Assembly: GCA_038831915.1 (NCBI GenBank)
Contig: JAWBKB010000004.1
Span: 32,001 to 96,000 of the forward strand
Direction: 5' to 3'
Length of the DNA stretch: 64,000 bases
Origin: Candidatus Caldarchaeum sp.
Lineage (GTDB): Archaea > Thermoproteota > Nitrososphaeria_A > Caldarchaeales > Caldarchaeaceae
This document shows, in pieces, positions 27,126-36,744 of this stretch. Under the pieces are notes generated by a model, which was not told the origin of the DNA, did no database searches, and worked only from the letters and a program-made list of their open reading frames with translations. Within the stretch, counting starts at the first letter, position 1; the number at the start of each line of letters is the position of its first letter. Made by a program: the position numbers and the translations under genes.

Positions 27126-28475
27126 CTATCCCTCGATCACCTCTCTTAGAACTCTACTTTCCTCGGTCATTCCTCTTTCGATGCTACACATCATCGCAGA
27201 TTCTAAGCTTCTGTCACCAATTTCTTGTCGAAGTTTTTCGTCTTTGGCAAGCTTTGTTATGGCCTCGGCGAGTTCATCGACGCTTCGAATAACAAAGCCA
27301 TTTGTGCCATTTTTAACCAGCTCCGCGATGCCTGCATTAGCGCTGACCAACGGCGGTTTCCCGTAAAGCCAGCTTTCCACTACAACCAGCCCAAACCCTT
27401 CCGCTTTCGACGGTAACACCGTCAGCGCGCATCTTTCATAAGCCGCGCCTAAAGCGGTTGAATTTACGTGACCTGTGAAAACAACCCTTCCATCCAAACC
27501 GTGAAGAGCGACCAACTCAACCAGCTTTTCCTTCCATCTCTCGGCCTTCGACAACTTCAGACCTTGACTTGAGCTAGAGAAACTACCGTTGCCTACAATC
27601 AACAACTTGATATTTGGAATATGCTTAACGCATTTTGCTACGGCCTGAATGGCGATATCGTGTCCTTTTAGAGGGTCCAGCCGCGCCACCATCGCAACTA
27701 CAAAGTCGTCTTCACGTATTCCATACTTGTCGCAGAATGCTTGAACTTCGCCTTTCGAAGGTTGAACATAGTCTTCAAAATCGATATAAGGATAGACTCG
27801 GTATATTTTCTTAGTGTATCCTAACTTTCGGAGAGAGTTTTCGTAGGAGCTGGAGCTCACCACTACGGCGTCGTAGGCTTCAAAATATTTCAACAAATAG
27901 TCCCTCCATTCGGCCGGGATCGCGAAATGGTTGAAAGGGATATGCCACCTGAAGATTTTCGGCTTTACCGTCGACAGCATTTTGCCTGTGGGCAGCTGCT
28001 GGAAATCATGAACATAGAATACGTCGAAATCTTTTTCCTTGTCAGCCTTTTTCAGCAGTTCGCTGCACAACCTATTGTATAAGTTGTAGTCCGCGTAATC
28101 CTCTTGCCAGACGAGTTCAATTATGTTTTTCTTACCTGAATCGAACATTCCATGAAACAGGTTCCAAAAAGCTTCCTTGACAGCGCCGTATCCTTTTAGA
28201 AAAGGTTCATGGATTTTGACGTAGTTAAGTTCAATGTTTCCAATAGTGATTTTTTCGGGTCCATGCGGGTTTAAGGAAACCCAGACAGCAGATTCGAGCA
28301 GGTTTGTTCTGATTAATCGCTTGAGTAATGGATACAGCATGCGTGTAACTCCGCCCGGGGAGAAGACATAGTCAACGTCCTCCTTTAACTCAGACAAGTT
28401 GACGAAAACTCTATTTAGAAGGTTTGGATTCTTTATCCTAACCAACGGCGTCTGTGAACAGACCCCGATATGCAT
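27126..28475 (-). CDS. GT4 glycosyltransferase (TreT/trehalose synthase-like)
   Basis: SPGGVTRM, YVHDFQQL, FRWHIP, VARLDPLKG, PSKAEGFGLVVVESWLYGKP. Confidence 0.85.
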   Translation of the reverse strand: MHIGVCSQTPLVRIKNPNLLNRVFVNLSELKEDVDYVFSPGGVTRMLYPLLKRLIRTNLLESAVWVSLNPHGPEKITIGNIELNYVKIHEPFLKGYGAVKEAFWNLFHGMFDSGKKNIIELVWQEDYADYNLYNRLCSELLKKADKEKDFDVFYVHDFQQLPTGKMLSTVKPKIFRWHIPFNHFAIPAEWRDYLLKYFEAYDAVVVSSSSYENSLRKLGYTKKIYRVYPYIDFEDYVQPSKGEVQAFCDKYGIREDDFVVAMVARLDPLKGHDIAIQAVAKCVKHIPNIKLLIVGNGSFSSSSQGLKLSKAERWKEKLVELVALHGLDGRVVFTGHVNSTALGAAYERCALTVLPSKAEGFGLVVVESWLYGKPPLVSANAGIAELVKNGTNGFVIRSVDELAEAITKLAKDEKLRQEIGDRSLESAMMCSIERGMTEESRVLREVIEG

Positions 28476-28503
28476 AACGAATTTGAAGGTGTGATGTATA
28501 TAA

Positions 28504-29193
28504 CTATGTTTGTTTCGACTCTTCCCTTCTTATTAGTTGAGAGGTTTCAATTTTTTCGAATAGTTCAGGAAAGTTTTCGCGAAAATATAGGCGGACAATG
28601 TAAACTGTTAATGCCATTGCTAATGCGCCTGCGAGGAATAATATCCATCTTGGATAGAAAAGTGATTCAGTCAGGAAGAGCGAAACTGCTATCCAGAGAG
28701 CTGGCACGAAAAGGAGAAAAATCGCGACAATTGCTTTTGTGACGAGCATTTTATCAGCAAGCAGCCTCGCCAACGCCGAGCTGAACCCATCTTCAAGCTC
28801 GAGCTGCGACTGTGTATCAAAGCCAAGCCCGTATAAGACTTTTCCGATAACTTCGAACAACTCAGGATTCGAGGCGGCGTACAAATCCGGCCTCAACACG
28901 GCTTTTCTGGTCCCGGTTTTGTCGATTAAATCGATAGTGTTTCCTTCTGTTTTGATAATCAAGCCTCTTCTTTTAGCAATTTTTTCGACTTTAGCGAGGT
29001 TTTCAGCAGTGATCTGGAAGACCGGGTTTTTGAACGCCATGCCCAAGAGCGGAGGAGAATAAGGAATGTATTTGTTTACGACGAATGAGCCGTCCCTGAA
29101 TTCAGGCATTTTCTCCTGAATGACGGCATCGGGAACGTTTTTGCTTATTTGTTCCTTGACGTGTTTGAAAGCTTTGACGAAAGCTTCGGACAT
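28504..29193 (-). CDS. Hypothetical membrane protein (two C-terminal TMs)
   Basis: Open frame continuing the opp operon direction; likely start MSEAFVK at 29193. Confidence 0.7.
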   Translation of the reverse strand: MSEAFVKAFKHVKEQISKNVPDAVIQEKMPEFRDGSFVVNKYIPYSPPLLGMAFKNPVFQITAENLAKVEKIAKRRGLIIKTEGNTIDLIDKTGTRKAVLRPDLYAASNPELFEVIGKVLYGLGFDTQSQLELEDGFSSALARLLADKMLVTKAIVAIFLLFVPALWIAVSLFLTESLFYPRWILFLAGALAMALTVYIVRLYFRENFPELFEKIETSQLIRREESKQT

Positions 29194-29219
29194 CACTATT
29201 CCGCCGGGCTTTCGCCTAT

Positions 29220-30218
29220 TTATGCCTGTTTTGAAGGCGGGGCCTCCACTTCGTGTAGGAAACACGCGGAGAACCTGTTTTCGCCTGTTTGGAACATCGG
29301 CGGCACCGCGGTCTCGCATTTTCCCTTCATGTAGAATGGACATCGTGGATAGAATCGACAACCAGAGGGGGGGTTGATAAGGCTGGGCGGCTCACCAGCC
29401 ACGACTTTCCTCAAAACAAGCCTGTTCCGGGGGTCTGGGTCAGGAATAGCTTCGATCAGGAATTGAGTGTAAGGATGCTTCGGGTTTCTTAGAACCTCTT
29501 TAGTCGGACCTGTTTCCACAAACTTGCCCGCGTACATCACTACTATGCGGTCTGAGAAATATTTCGCGGTAGCGATGTCGTGAGTGATGTAAACCATGGT
29601 TAGGCCTAGTTTTCTTTGAATTTCCCGGAGCAGTAACAGAATTTCAACCCGTATAGAGGCATCGAGCATTGTCACTGGCTCGTCGGCTACGATGAATTCG
29701 GGTTTCGAAATGATGGCTCTAGCGATTGCAACTCTCTGTCTCTGGCCTCCGCTTAACTGGTGCGGATACTTGTATGCGAAATCGGACGTTGGTATCAGTT
29801 TGACGTCTTCCAGGGCTTTCATCACCATTTCTTCACGTTCTTTCGGCGTGCCTATTCCGTGAACCACCAACGGCTCCTCCACTATTCGGTAAATGGTAAA
29901 CATCGCGTTGAGGCTTGAATACGGGTCCTGGAAGATTGCCCCTACTCTTCGTCGGATTTTTCTTAACTCACTTCCGTCGACGTTGTTTATATCGATTCCG
30001 TCGAAGAAAATTTTTCCAGAATACGGTTTTACGGCTCCGAGCAATGCCTTACCGAAGGTGGTTTTTCCGCATCCACTTTCTCCTACCAACGCTACTGTTT
30101 CACCTTTGTTTATTGAGAGCGATGCGTCATCAACGGCCTTTACCATCCCAATTGTTTTGAACAGCTTTCTAATTGGGAAGTAGACTTTTAGGTTTTCTAC
30201 TTTGATGAATTCCGTCAT
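29220..30218 (-). CDS. oppF: Oligopeptide/dipeptide ABC transporter ATP-binding protein (OppF/DppF)
   Basis: GESGCGKTT, YPHQLSGGQRQR, ADEP, HPYT, PPSGCRFYPRC. Confidence 0.93.
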   Translation of the reverse strand: MTEFIKVENLKVYFPIRKLFKTIGMVKAVDDASLSINKGETVALVGESGCGKTTFGKALLGAVKPYSGKIFFDGIDINNVDGSELRKIRRRVGAIFQDPYSSLNAMFTIYRIVEEPLVVHGIGTPKEREEMVMKALEDVKLIPTSDFAYKYPHQLSGGQRQRVAIARAIISKPEFIVADEPVTMLDASIRVEILLLLREIQRKLGLTMVYITHDIATAKYFSDRIVVMYAGKFVETGPTKEVLRNPKHPYTQFLIEAIPDPDPRNRLVLRKVVAGEPPSLINPPSGCRFYPRCPFYMKGKCETAVPPMFQTGENRFSACFLHEVEAPPSKQA

Positions 30219-31178
30219 TTATTTCTCACCAAGCAGCCAACACGACGCAACATAGTCTTCCGCGATTTCGATTGTCGGCGGCTCTTCAACGTTGCATTTG
30301 TCCTGTATTGCGTAGGGGCATCTCGGATGGAAACGGCAACCTAGTGGAGGATTTATCAGGTCCGGCGGCGCTCCTGGAATGAAGCGCGGCTCTTTCTCGG
30401 TCCGAAGCGTCGGAACGCTTTCGATGAGTAGTTGTGTGTATGGATGTTTGGGTGTGGTGAAAATCTTGTCGGCCGGGCCGTTTTCCACGATTCTGCCCGC
30501 GTACATGATCGCGACCTTGTCGGCCAGCTCGCTCGCCAAAGCCAAGTCGTGTGTGATGAAAATGTACGAAGTTCCAATGTCGTTTTTCATTTTTTTCAAC
30601 AGGTTCATGATGTTGGCCTGAGTGATGATGTCCAAAGCTGAAGTTGGTTCGTCTAGTATGACTATTTTGGGATTAGTTACTAACGCCATGGCTATCGCGA
30701 CTCTTTGCCGCATTCCGCCGCTGAGTTCATGAGGATACCTTGAGGCCATGTCTGGGTTGATGCCGAGATACGAAAGAGTTTCCACTGCTTTCTTTTTCGC
30801 TTCCTCTTTCGATACGCCGAATTCATAGATTAAAGGCTCCGCTACCTGTCGGAAAATGGGAATGACGGGGTTTAAAGTGTTCATCGCCCCTTGAAACACT
30901 ATCGAAATTCCGTTCAGACGAACTTTTTTCCTAAATTCTTCTTCGTTGAGCTTCATCACTTCCATTCCGTTGAAGAAAATCTGTCCTTGGAATTTTGCTG
31001 TGTTTTTCGGCGGCAGGCGGATGAGACATAAGGCAAGGGAGGATTTGCCTGAACCGCTTTCCCCGACGATCGCGAGAGTTTCGCGTTCGCCGAGTTCGAA
31101 GCTTACGTCATCAACAGCCTTGACTATTCCCCGCTCTGATTCGTAGTAAAGGAATAGATGGTCAGCTTTGAGGACCAA
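30219..31178 (-). CDS. oppD: Oligopeptide/dipeptide ABC transporter ATP-binding protein (OppD/DppD)
   Basis: GESGSGKS, YPHELSGGMRQR, DEPTSALD, PPLGCRFHPRC. Confidence 0.93.
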   Translation of the reverse strand: MVLKADHLFLYYESERGIVKAVDDVSFELGERETLAIVGESGSGKSSLALCLIRLPPKNTAKFQGQIFFNGMEVMKLNEEEFRKKVRLNGISIVFQGAMNTLNPVIPIFRQVAEPLIYEFGVSKEEAKKKAVETLSYLGINPDMASRYPHELSGGMRQRVAIAMALVTNPKIVILDEPTSALDIITQANIMNLLKKMKNDIGTSYIFITHDLALASELADKVAIMYAGRIVENGPADKIFTTPKHPYTQLLIESVPTLRTEKEPRFIPGAPPDLINPPLGCRFHPRCPYAIQDKCNVEEPPTIEIAEDYVASCWLLGEK

Positions 31179-31221
31179 CTTATTCCCAAAAAAAAGTTAA
31201 GGATGATTTAAAAAACTTGTT

Positions 31222-33972
31222 TTAGCTCGGTTTTGGCCTGCGGACCACGGACAAGACGGAGATAACCAGTGCGATTATCGAAACAACGAGGACCAGCTGT
31301 GCAGTCAATAGTATGGTACCAGCGGTTCGCGTCAGTTCTCCAACGCTTTCGTTGATAGTCGTTGCCGAAGCCGATATGGTGTTCACTGCTGTCTCGACTC
31401 TTGACACACGGTCGCTTACTGCCGTAACACGTTCGCCGACAGTGTTTACAGCGCCTTGGACACCTGTCAACGCCGCCGCCAAGTCTCTGCTAATCGCTCC
31501 AAGCCTCTCAAGTACCTCTCGAGAGACGACTTCGATGCTTTCGACAAGCGGCTCGATGTTTAGAACGTCGACGAATTCTTTGACTGCGGCTACAGACGCT
31601 ACTTCATCGCTATAAGCTGCTATGGTGAATTCATAGAGTCCACCGGGTCTTAATGTTTTGGTGAAGTCGGGCGACAGCCTGATGATGAATCTAGTGGGTG
31701 TCACTCGGTCAGCTGTTCCTACCGCTAGAATTTCGCCGGTCACAGGGTCTTTCACCAAGTAGATGGCGTAAAGTGGTGCGGGGCCACTTACATCGATGAG
31801 TAGCAGTGATTCGCCTCCGGGTGTGATGGTGCTTTTGCCGACGCCGGCGATTTCAACTGTTGGGGGCAGTCCGAAGAAGTGGTCTCCTGGTCTGTACGGA
31901 TATGTTGGGTCTCTGAAAGCTTCGAGCTTGAGGTACTGGGCTGCGCTGTCGAAAGCGGTCAGCATGTACGGGCCGTTGCTAACCCAGATGATACCATATC
32001 TTGAATGCCATGCCAGAGCCGCGTCGAATCTTGCTACTGCGTTTTCACGTGTTTCAAAGACCCGTCCACCGACCGTGAACACGCCTTCTGGGAAGAACCC
32101 GGCTGCTTTGAATTCTGATATCTTGCTGGCGACAGCCGCGGCGTGGTCTCTCAACACGATGCTCAGCCAAGGAACGCCTCTCGCCGTTGCGGCTGAGTCG
32201 CTGTAAGCATATGTTCGGTCAGTGTAAACTAGCGCGTCCATGGCTGCTTGAATTTCCCATGGTACAATCATGCATGGAGCTGATGTGAGCCAGACATTGG
32301 CTTGGCTGGCGATGTAGTTGGGGCTAAAATGCCAATAGTCGATGTAGACTTCGACACGGTTGTCGGGAAGGATTCTGATTCCTCTCAGTATTTCGAAGAA
32401 TGGCCGGTTAGCTGAAGCGGCGGCGCTTTCAAGCGCGGATTTCGCAGGGTCAGCTGTCAAGTCCCACATGCTCGACAACATGTACAGCAAGTCCGCCATA
32501 GATATCCAGATTCCATGATGCCACTTTGAGGCGAAGAACTTAGAGTAGTCGAAGGTTACTCTGCTGGTCGCTTTCACACCTGAGCCGACTGCCACCCATC
32601 TGTCGTTCGCCGCATCCCAGACGACCGCGTCGGATGGCACGTCAAGTTTTCCATCTGGCCCAGCAGTGGTCACGTCAAAGGAGGCTCTGACAGGTATTGG
32701 AAGACCGTTGAACGGATGAGGATAGATCGCAGGGTCGCATGTGCTCCCAGCCGGGTCAACAGAATACACATCTCTGAATCCACCGATTGGGTTCCATGCC
32801 GTTCTTTCCGTCCAAACCCAGAGATGCCCAACTTTTAGAGTTGCTTTGTCAGGCACGTAAGCGTTACGAATGACGTGCCAAGCTCTCAGACCCGCGCCGA
32901 CGTCGTTTGTGATGCCGACGACCTTGTCCGATGTGATGTAGGCGTCAAGCCGTGTAACACCCCAGATTCTAATGGATTCTAAGATGCCCAATTCAGCAAG
33001 CTGTCGATACAACCGGTCTCTTTCTTCTTTGCTTTTGAATTCACCCTTGTATATTTTCTGGCCTATTTCGTCTGCTAACTTGTTTTCGTACTGCCAGAAG
33101 CCTTCTTCAGCCCATCCCGGCATGAAAGTGTACCAAGGTGCGTTAAACTGGTTTATCGAGCCCACGTCGTACTTGGCGACAGCGGTTTTACCCCATCCTT
33201 CGGTGTATAGATGCCACTGGAAGTCCTTGGGGTCTGTGCCGTAGATGATCTGTATGGCAGGGCCGAACGTCAGATAAATTCTTTCAACCGTGAACCCAAG
33301 TTTTTCAAGCTCAACCGCAAAAGAGTCGCCCATCTGCCTTCGCTCGTCTTCGATTCGGATGATGAACTTCAGTGTAACTGGTTTGCCTTGGAAAACCCAT
33401 TTTCCAGCGACTTTCTCAGCACCGAGTTTTCTCATCTCTTCGTCGACTATCGCCGCCGCGAGGGCCGGGTCATACTTGAATTCGTACTTTGCCAGAATGT
33501 CGAAGATTGTTGTGTAGTCTGGGTCGACTGAGCTCAAGAATGAATACATAGGCAGAGCAAGGCCTCCGAAGACATCGCGCACTAAGAATTCACGGTTGAA
33601 AACGTAGTTCAGAGCGAAACGAATTCTTTCATTTGATAATGGGTTGAGCTCGCCCGCGGGGGCTGGAGCCGGGTTTAGAACAATATTGTTGAGGCCCGAT
33701 GCAGCGGTGTAGAGACGTACTTCCCTGACTCCAACCAAAGCCCTCGCTTGAGCAGCTCTCAGCCCGAACTGGTAAATGTCGATGTCTCCTCTTCTGACCG
33801 CTTCAGGCGCTAGGTCGAGAGGCACCCGTGTGTATTCAACCACATCAGCCGCGGGACCAGGTCGGGTGTGTGGTGCTGTGTACTGTGCCGCTGCAAGTGG
33901 CAATGTCGACAACGCCAACAACGCTACGACAACACCGACGAATAATGTGTAAAATTTTGTTGCGTTTTTCAT
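31222..33972 (-). CDS. Family-5 peptide ABC substrate-binding protein with C-terminal coiled-coil stalk and membrane anchor
   Basis: Signal peptide, LNPLSNERIRFALNY, SNGPYML, C-terminal heptads followed by a TM and RRPKPS; likely start MKNATK at 33972. Confidence 0.88.
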   Translation of the reverse strand: MKNATKFYTLFVGVVVALLALSTLPLAAAQYTAPHTRPGPAADVVEYTRVPLDLAPEAVRRGDIDIYQFGLRAAQARALVGVREVRLYTAASGLNNIVLNPAPAPAGELNPLSNERIRFALNYVFNREFLVRDVFGGLALPMYSFLSSVDPDYTTIFDILAKYEFKYDPALAAAIVDEEMRKLGAEKVAGKWVFQGKPVTLKFIIRIEDERRQMGDSFAVELEKLGFTVERIYLTFGPAIQIIYGTDPKDFQWHLYTEGWGKTAVAKYDVGSINQFNAPWYTFMPGWAEEGFWQYENKLADEIGQKIYKGEFKSKEERDRLYRQLAELGILESIRIWGVTRLDAYITSDKVVGITNDVGAGLRAWHVIRNAYVPDKATLKVGHLWVWTERTAWNPIGGFRDVYSVDPAGSTCDPAIYPHPFNGLPIPVRASFDVTTAGPDGKLDVPSDAVVWDAANDRWVAVGSGVKATSRVTFDYSKFFASKWHHGIWISMADLLYMLSSMWDLTADPAKSALESAAASANRPFFEILRGIRILPDNRVEVYIDYWHFSPNYIASQANVWLTSAPCMIVPWEIQAAMDALVYTDRTYAYSDSAATARGVPWLSIVLRDHAAAVASKISEFKAAGFFPEGVFTVGGRVFETRENAVARFDAALAWHSRYGIIWVSNGPYMLTAFDSAAQYLKLEAFRDPTYPYRPGDHFFGLPPTVEIAGVGKSTITPGGESLLLIDVSGPAPLYAIYLVKDPVTGEILAVGTADRVTPTRFIIRLSPDFTKTLRPGGLYEFTIAAYSDEVASVAAVKEFVDVLNIEPLVESIEVVSREVLERLGAISRDLAAALTGVQGAVNTVGERVTAVSDRVSRVETAVNTISASATTINESVGELTRTAGTILLTAQLVLVVSIIALVISVLSVVRRPKPS

Positions 33973-34129
33973 ACGCGTATATAGTCTCTCATCCTCTTTA
34001 TATTCTTTCCCCAAAACGACGCCGGAAAGTAGTTATGTGTTCTTAAACAAAGGGTAATTGTCTTGATGGTTTACCGTCGAAAATACGCTAAAGATTTTTA
34101 GTAGCACTGTAGTTTATATTGCGAAGGTC

Positions 34130-35176
34130 ATGGGTTTAGGCAGGACGTTAGCCATTAAAGCCATAACGCTTGTAATCGTCCTTCTAGGAGTTCTTCTACT
34201 GACTTCCGCAATTCTCGGAGCGACAGGAGTTTCTAATAAGATTTTAATGGCGATTGTAAACGAAGAAGTCCGCGGTTTTCGACAATCGATTTCCAGGACG
34301 ATTACTGACCCTGAAGCGTTGAACCGAGCGGTAAGAGAATATGAACAGCAGCTTATAAGAAGCTACGGACTCGACCAGCCATGGTATCTACGGCTTGGAG
34401 ACATGGTCTTTCGCATCGTGTTGCTTGATTTAGGGAACGCGAAAAATCTGCAAAGCTTCGCAGGAAGCAAAAGAGTCGCCGACATCATATCAGAAAGAAT
34501 CCCTATCACAGTGCTCCTGGTAACAACAGCTATCGCTATAAACTCATTCATAGGGGTTGTTGTAGGACCGAGGCTTGCTATGAGAATCGGGTCTAAATTC
34601 GACCAAGTCGTTTCTTATTTCTCGGCTATTAGCTATGCATTGCCAACATGGTGGACTGGAATACTTTTCATCCTAGTGTTTGCTTTCTACCTGCGAGTCT
34701 TTCCGTTCGGCGGGATGTATAGTTCTCCGCCGCCTGCGGACGAACTTGGGAGATTTCTCGACTTGTTGTGGCATGCGGCTTTACCGGTCACAGTGCTGGT
34801 GCTGGCCAACGTAGGGGTGAGCATCTACGTTACACGAACCCTTGTTCTAAACGTCTCCCAAGAAGACTTTGTAATGGCCGCCAAGGCCAGAGGATTGCCT
34901 GAAAAAATTGTCCGCCGAAGATACGTGATGAGAGTAGCTGCTCCACCCATCTTAACAAACATTATCCTAGCGTTGGCGGGGTCGATAGGCGGGGCCATTC
35001 TCACTGAAGCTGTGTTTAGCTGGCCTGGGCTGGGAACACTTTTCTACCAAGCAATCACGACTTCAGACGAAGCGTTAATCCTCGGCCTCACATACATATT
35101 TACTTTGATTTATGTGGTGGCGAGATTTTTGCTCGAAGCCATGTACGTCGTGCTCGACCCAAGGGTGAGAATTTAG
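34130..35176 (+). CDS. oppB: Peptide ABC transporter permease (OppB/DppB)
   Basis: GLDQP, ERIPITVLL, EDFVMAAKARGL, TEAVFSWPGLG, LDPRV. Confidence 0.93.
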   Translation: MGLGRTLAIKAITLVIVLLGVLLLTSAILGATGVSNKILMAIVNEEVRGFRQSISRTITDPEALNRAVREYEQQLIRSYGLDQPWYLRLGDMVFRIVLLDLGNAKNLQSFAGSKRVADIISERIPITVLLVTTAIAINSFIGVVVGPRLAMRIGSKFDQVVSYFSAISYALPTWWTGILFILVFAFYLRVFPFGGMYSSPPPADELGRFLDLLWHAALPVTVLVLANVGVSIYVTRTLVLNVSQEDFVMAAKARGLPEKIVRRRYVMRVAAPPILTNIILALAGSIGGAILTEAVFSWPGLGTLFYQAITTSDEALILGLTYIFTLIYVVARFLLEAMYVVLDPRVRI

Positions 35177-36607
35177 TTGGCGATAACTCCGCGGGATTCG
35201 TTCAAAATTTTTTGGTCCTATGGCAGGTCCAAAGCAGGGGTTTTTCTCTTGGTTTTCTTCATCGCGGTCTCTCTATACGTAGTGGCGACCTATTCGCCCG
35301 AATATTCTCGATTGATCTGGAATAACCCTGCAGCCTGGGAAGAATATCCCAAAAGCGTTCCACCAGTTTGGACAAACTTCTTCTCACCTATCACTCGACT
35401 TGAAAACACTATCTTGACGACGGGGTCACCCCGTGTGACAACCATGGGTTCAGACAGGATATACACATGGACCATACGGTACAACTATGTCGCTGATGAA
35501 TTCCCGACTTTTCTGTTATTCCGAGTTGAAGAGCTCCGTTACTGGAGATCTCCGCCCATCATAACGCTCTCCGTTGAAAGACCAGACGGCTCCAAAATCG
35601 ACCTTTTCACATTCATTCCGCCGCCGCCACGGCCCGGCGAAAATCCTCCAATAATAAGGTTTGACGCATCGCCATACAGGGTTAAGCTTGACGCAGAAAC
35701 CCAGACGACGAGAGCCGTTTCAAGCTTCCTATTCGAAAAATATCAGTTAGTGATTTCGCCATCGGACATTGCGTCAACGGGTGTCCAACCATATGTCTTC
35801 GGTCAGCCTCGGGCAGACAAAAACTTCACCGTGCTCAAAGGTGTGTACGAATTTCAGATAAACGCGCGTGTATTCGATGAAAGAGATGCCATCTCCCGGA
35901 GTGCTGTTGTATTGGGAGGGGCGGTCTATGGGTTAATGGGCACGGATACGATTGGCCGAGACCTCGCTGTGGGGCTTCTTCTAGGTTTTCCAACATCGCT
36001 TTTCGTAGGAGTTATCACATCGGTGTTTGTGACGGCGATAGGAGCTGTTCTGGGAACAGTTGGTGGTTACCTGGGTGGTAGAGTCGACGAACTCATACAA
36101 AGAGCAGCGGACATCGTGAACAACATCCCCCTACTTCCGCTAACAATTTTCCTCATTTTCGTCATCGGCCCATCGATCACTAACATCGTTCTCGTGCTTG
36201 TGGTGTTCGGCTGGCCCGGCCTGACGATAATAGTGAGGTCGGTCGTCCTGCAAGTCCGTGAATCTCAATTCGTCGAAGTCGCAAAAGTACTTGGCAGCTC
36301 TACTTCACGACTCGTTTTCCTCCACATAATGCCTCAAGTTCTTCCTTTCATCGTTGCACAGATGATTTTCTTCGTTCCCAACTTCATCCTTCTCGAGGCA
36401 GCGCTGAGCTTCCTCGGACTCGGCGACCCGTCTCTGCCAACATGGGGGCAGCTCCTCGAGCTAGGGTTTAGAAACAACGCCGTCTACCTTGGATACTGGT
36501 GGTGGATACTGCCGCCCGGGCTCCTCATCGTCATAGTCGCCGTCGTCTTCGTCTTAATAGCGCTCGGCATGGAACCAGTGGTCAACCCGCGTCTAAGAAG
36601 AAGATAA
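35177..36607 (+). CDS. oppC: Peptide ABC transporter permease (OppC/DppC) with a large extracellular insertion
   Basis: LMGTDTIGRD, FVEVAKVLG, EAALSFLGLGDP..WG, NPRLR. Confidence 0.92.
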   Translation: MAITPRDSFKIFWSYGRSKAGVFLLVFFIAVSLYVVATYSPEYSRLIWNNPAAWEEYPKSVPPVWTNFFSPITRLENTILTTGSPRVTTMGSDRIYTWTIRYNYVADEFPTFLLFRVEELRYWRSPPIITLSVERPDGSKIDLFTFIPPPPRPGENPPIIRFDASPYRVKLDAETQTTRAVSSFLFEKYQLVISPSDIASTGVQPYVFGQPRADKNFTVLKGVYEFQINARVFDERDAISRSAVVLGGAVYGLMGTDTIGRDLAVGLLLGFPTSLFVGVITSVFVTAIGAVLGTVGGYLGGRVDELIQRAADIVNNIPLLPLTIFLIFVIGPSITNIVLVLVVFGWPGLTIIVRSVVLQVRESQFVEVAKVLGSSTSRLVFLHIMPQVLPFIVAQMIFFVPNFILLEAALSFLGLGDPSLPTWGQLLELGFRNNAVYLGYWWWILPPGLLIVIVAVVFVLIALGMEPVVNPRLRRR

Positions 36608-36661
36608 AGCCTAAAAACACTCATTAAAAATAAATAACGCTGACACGATATGATGTTTTGG

Positions 36662-36738
36662 GCCCAGGTGGTATAGCCAGGTTAGCATCGCCGGCTGTCG
36701 CCCGGCGGACCCGGGTTCAAATCCCGGCCTGGGCGCCA
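36662..36738 (+). tRNA. tRNA-Asp(GTC), intronless, CCA encoded
   Basis: GCCCAGG/CCTGGGC acceptor, GCCGG-CT-GTC-GC-CCGGC anticodon arm, CCGGG-TTCAAAT-CCCGG T arm, GCCA end. Confidence 0.97.
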
Positions 36739-36744
36739 GTCTTC

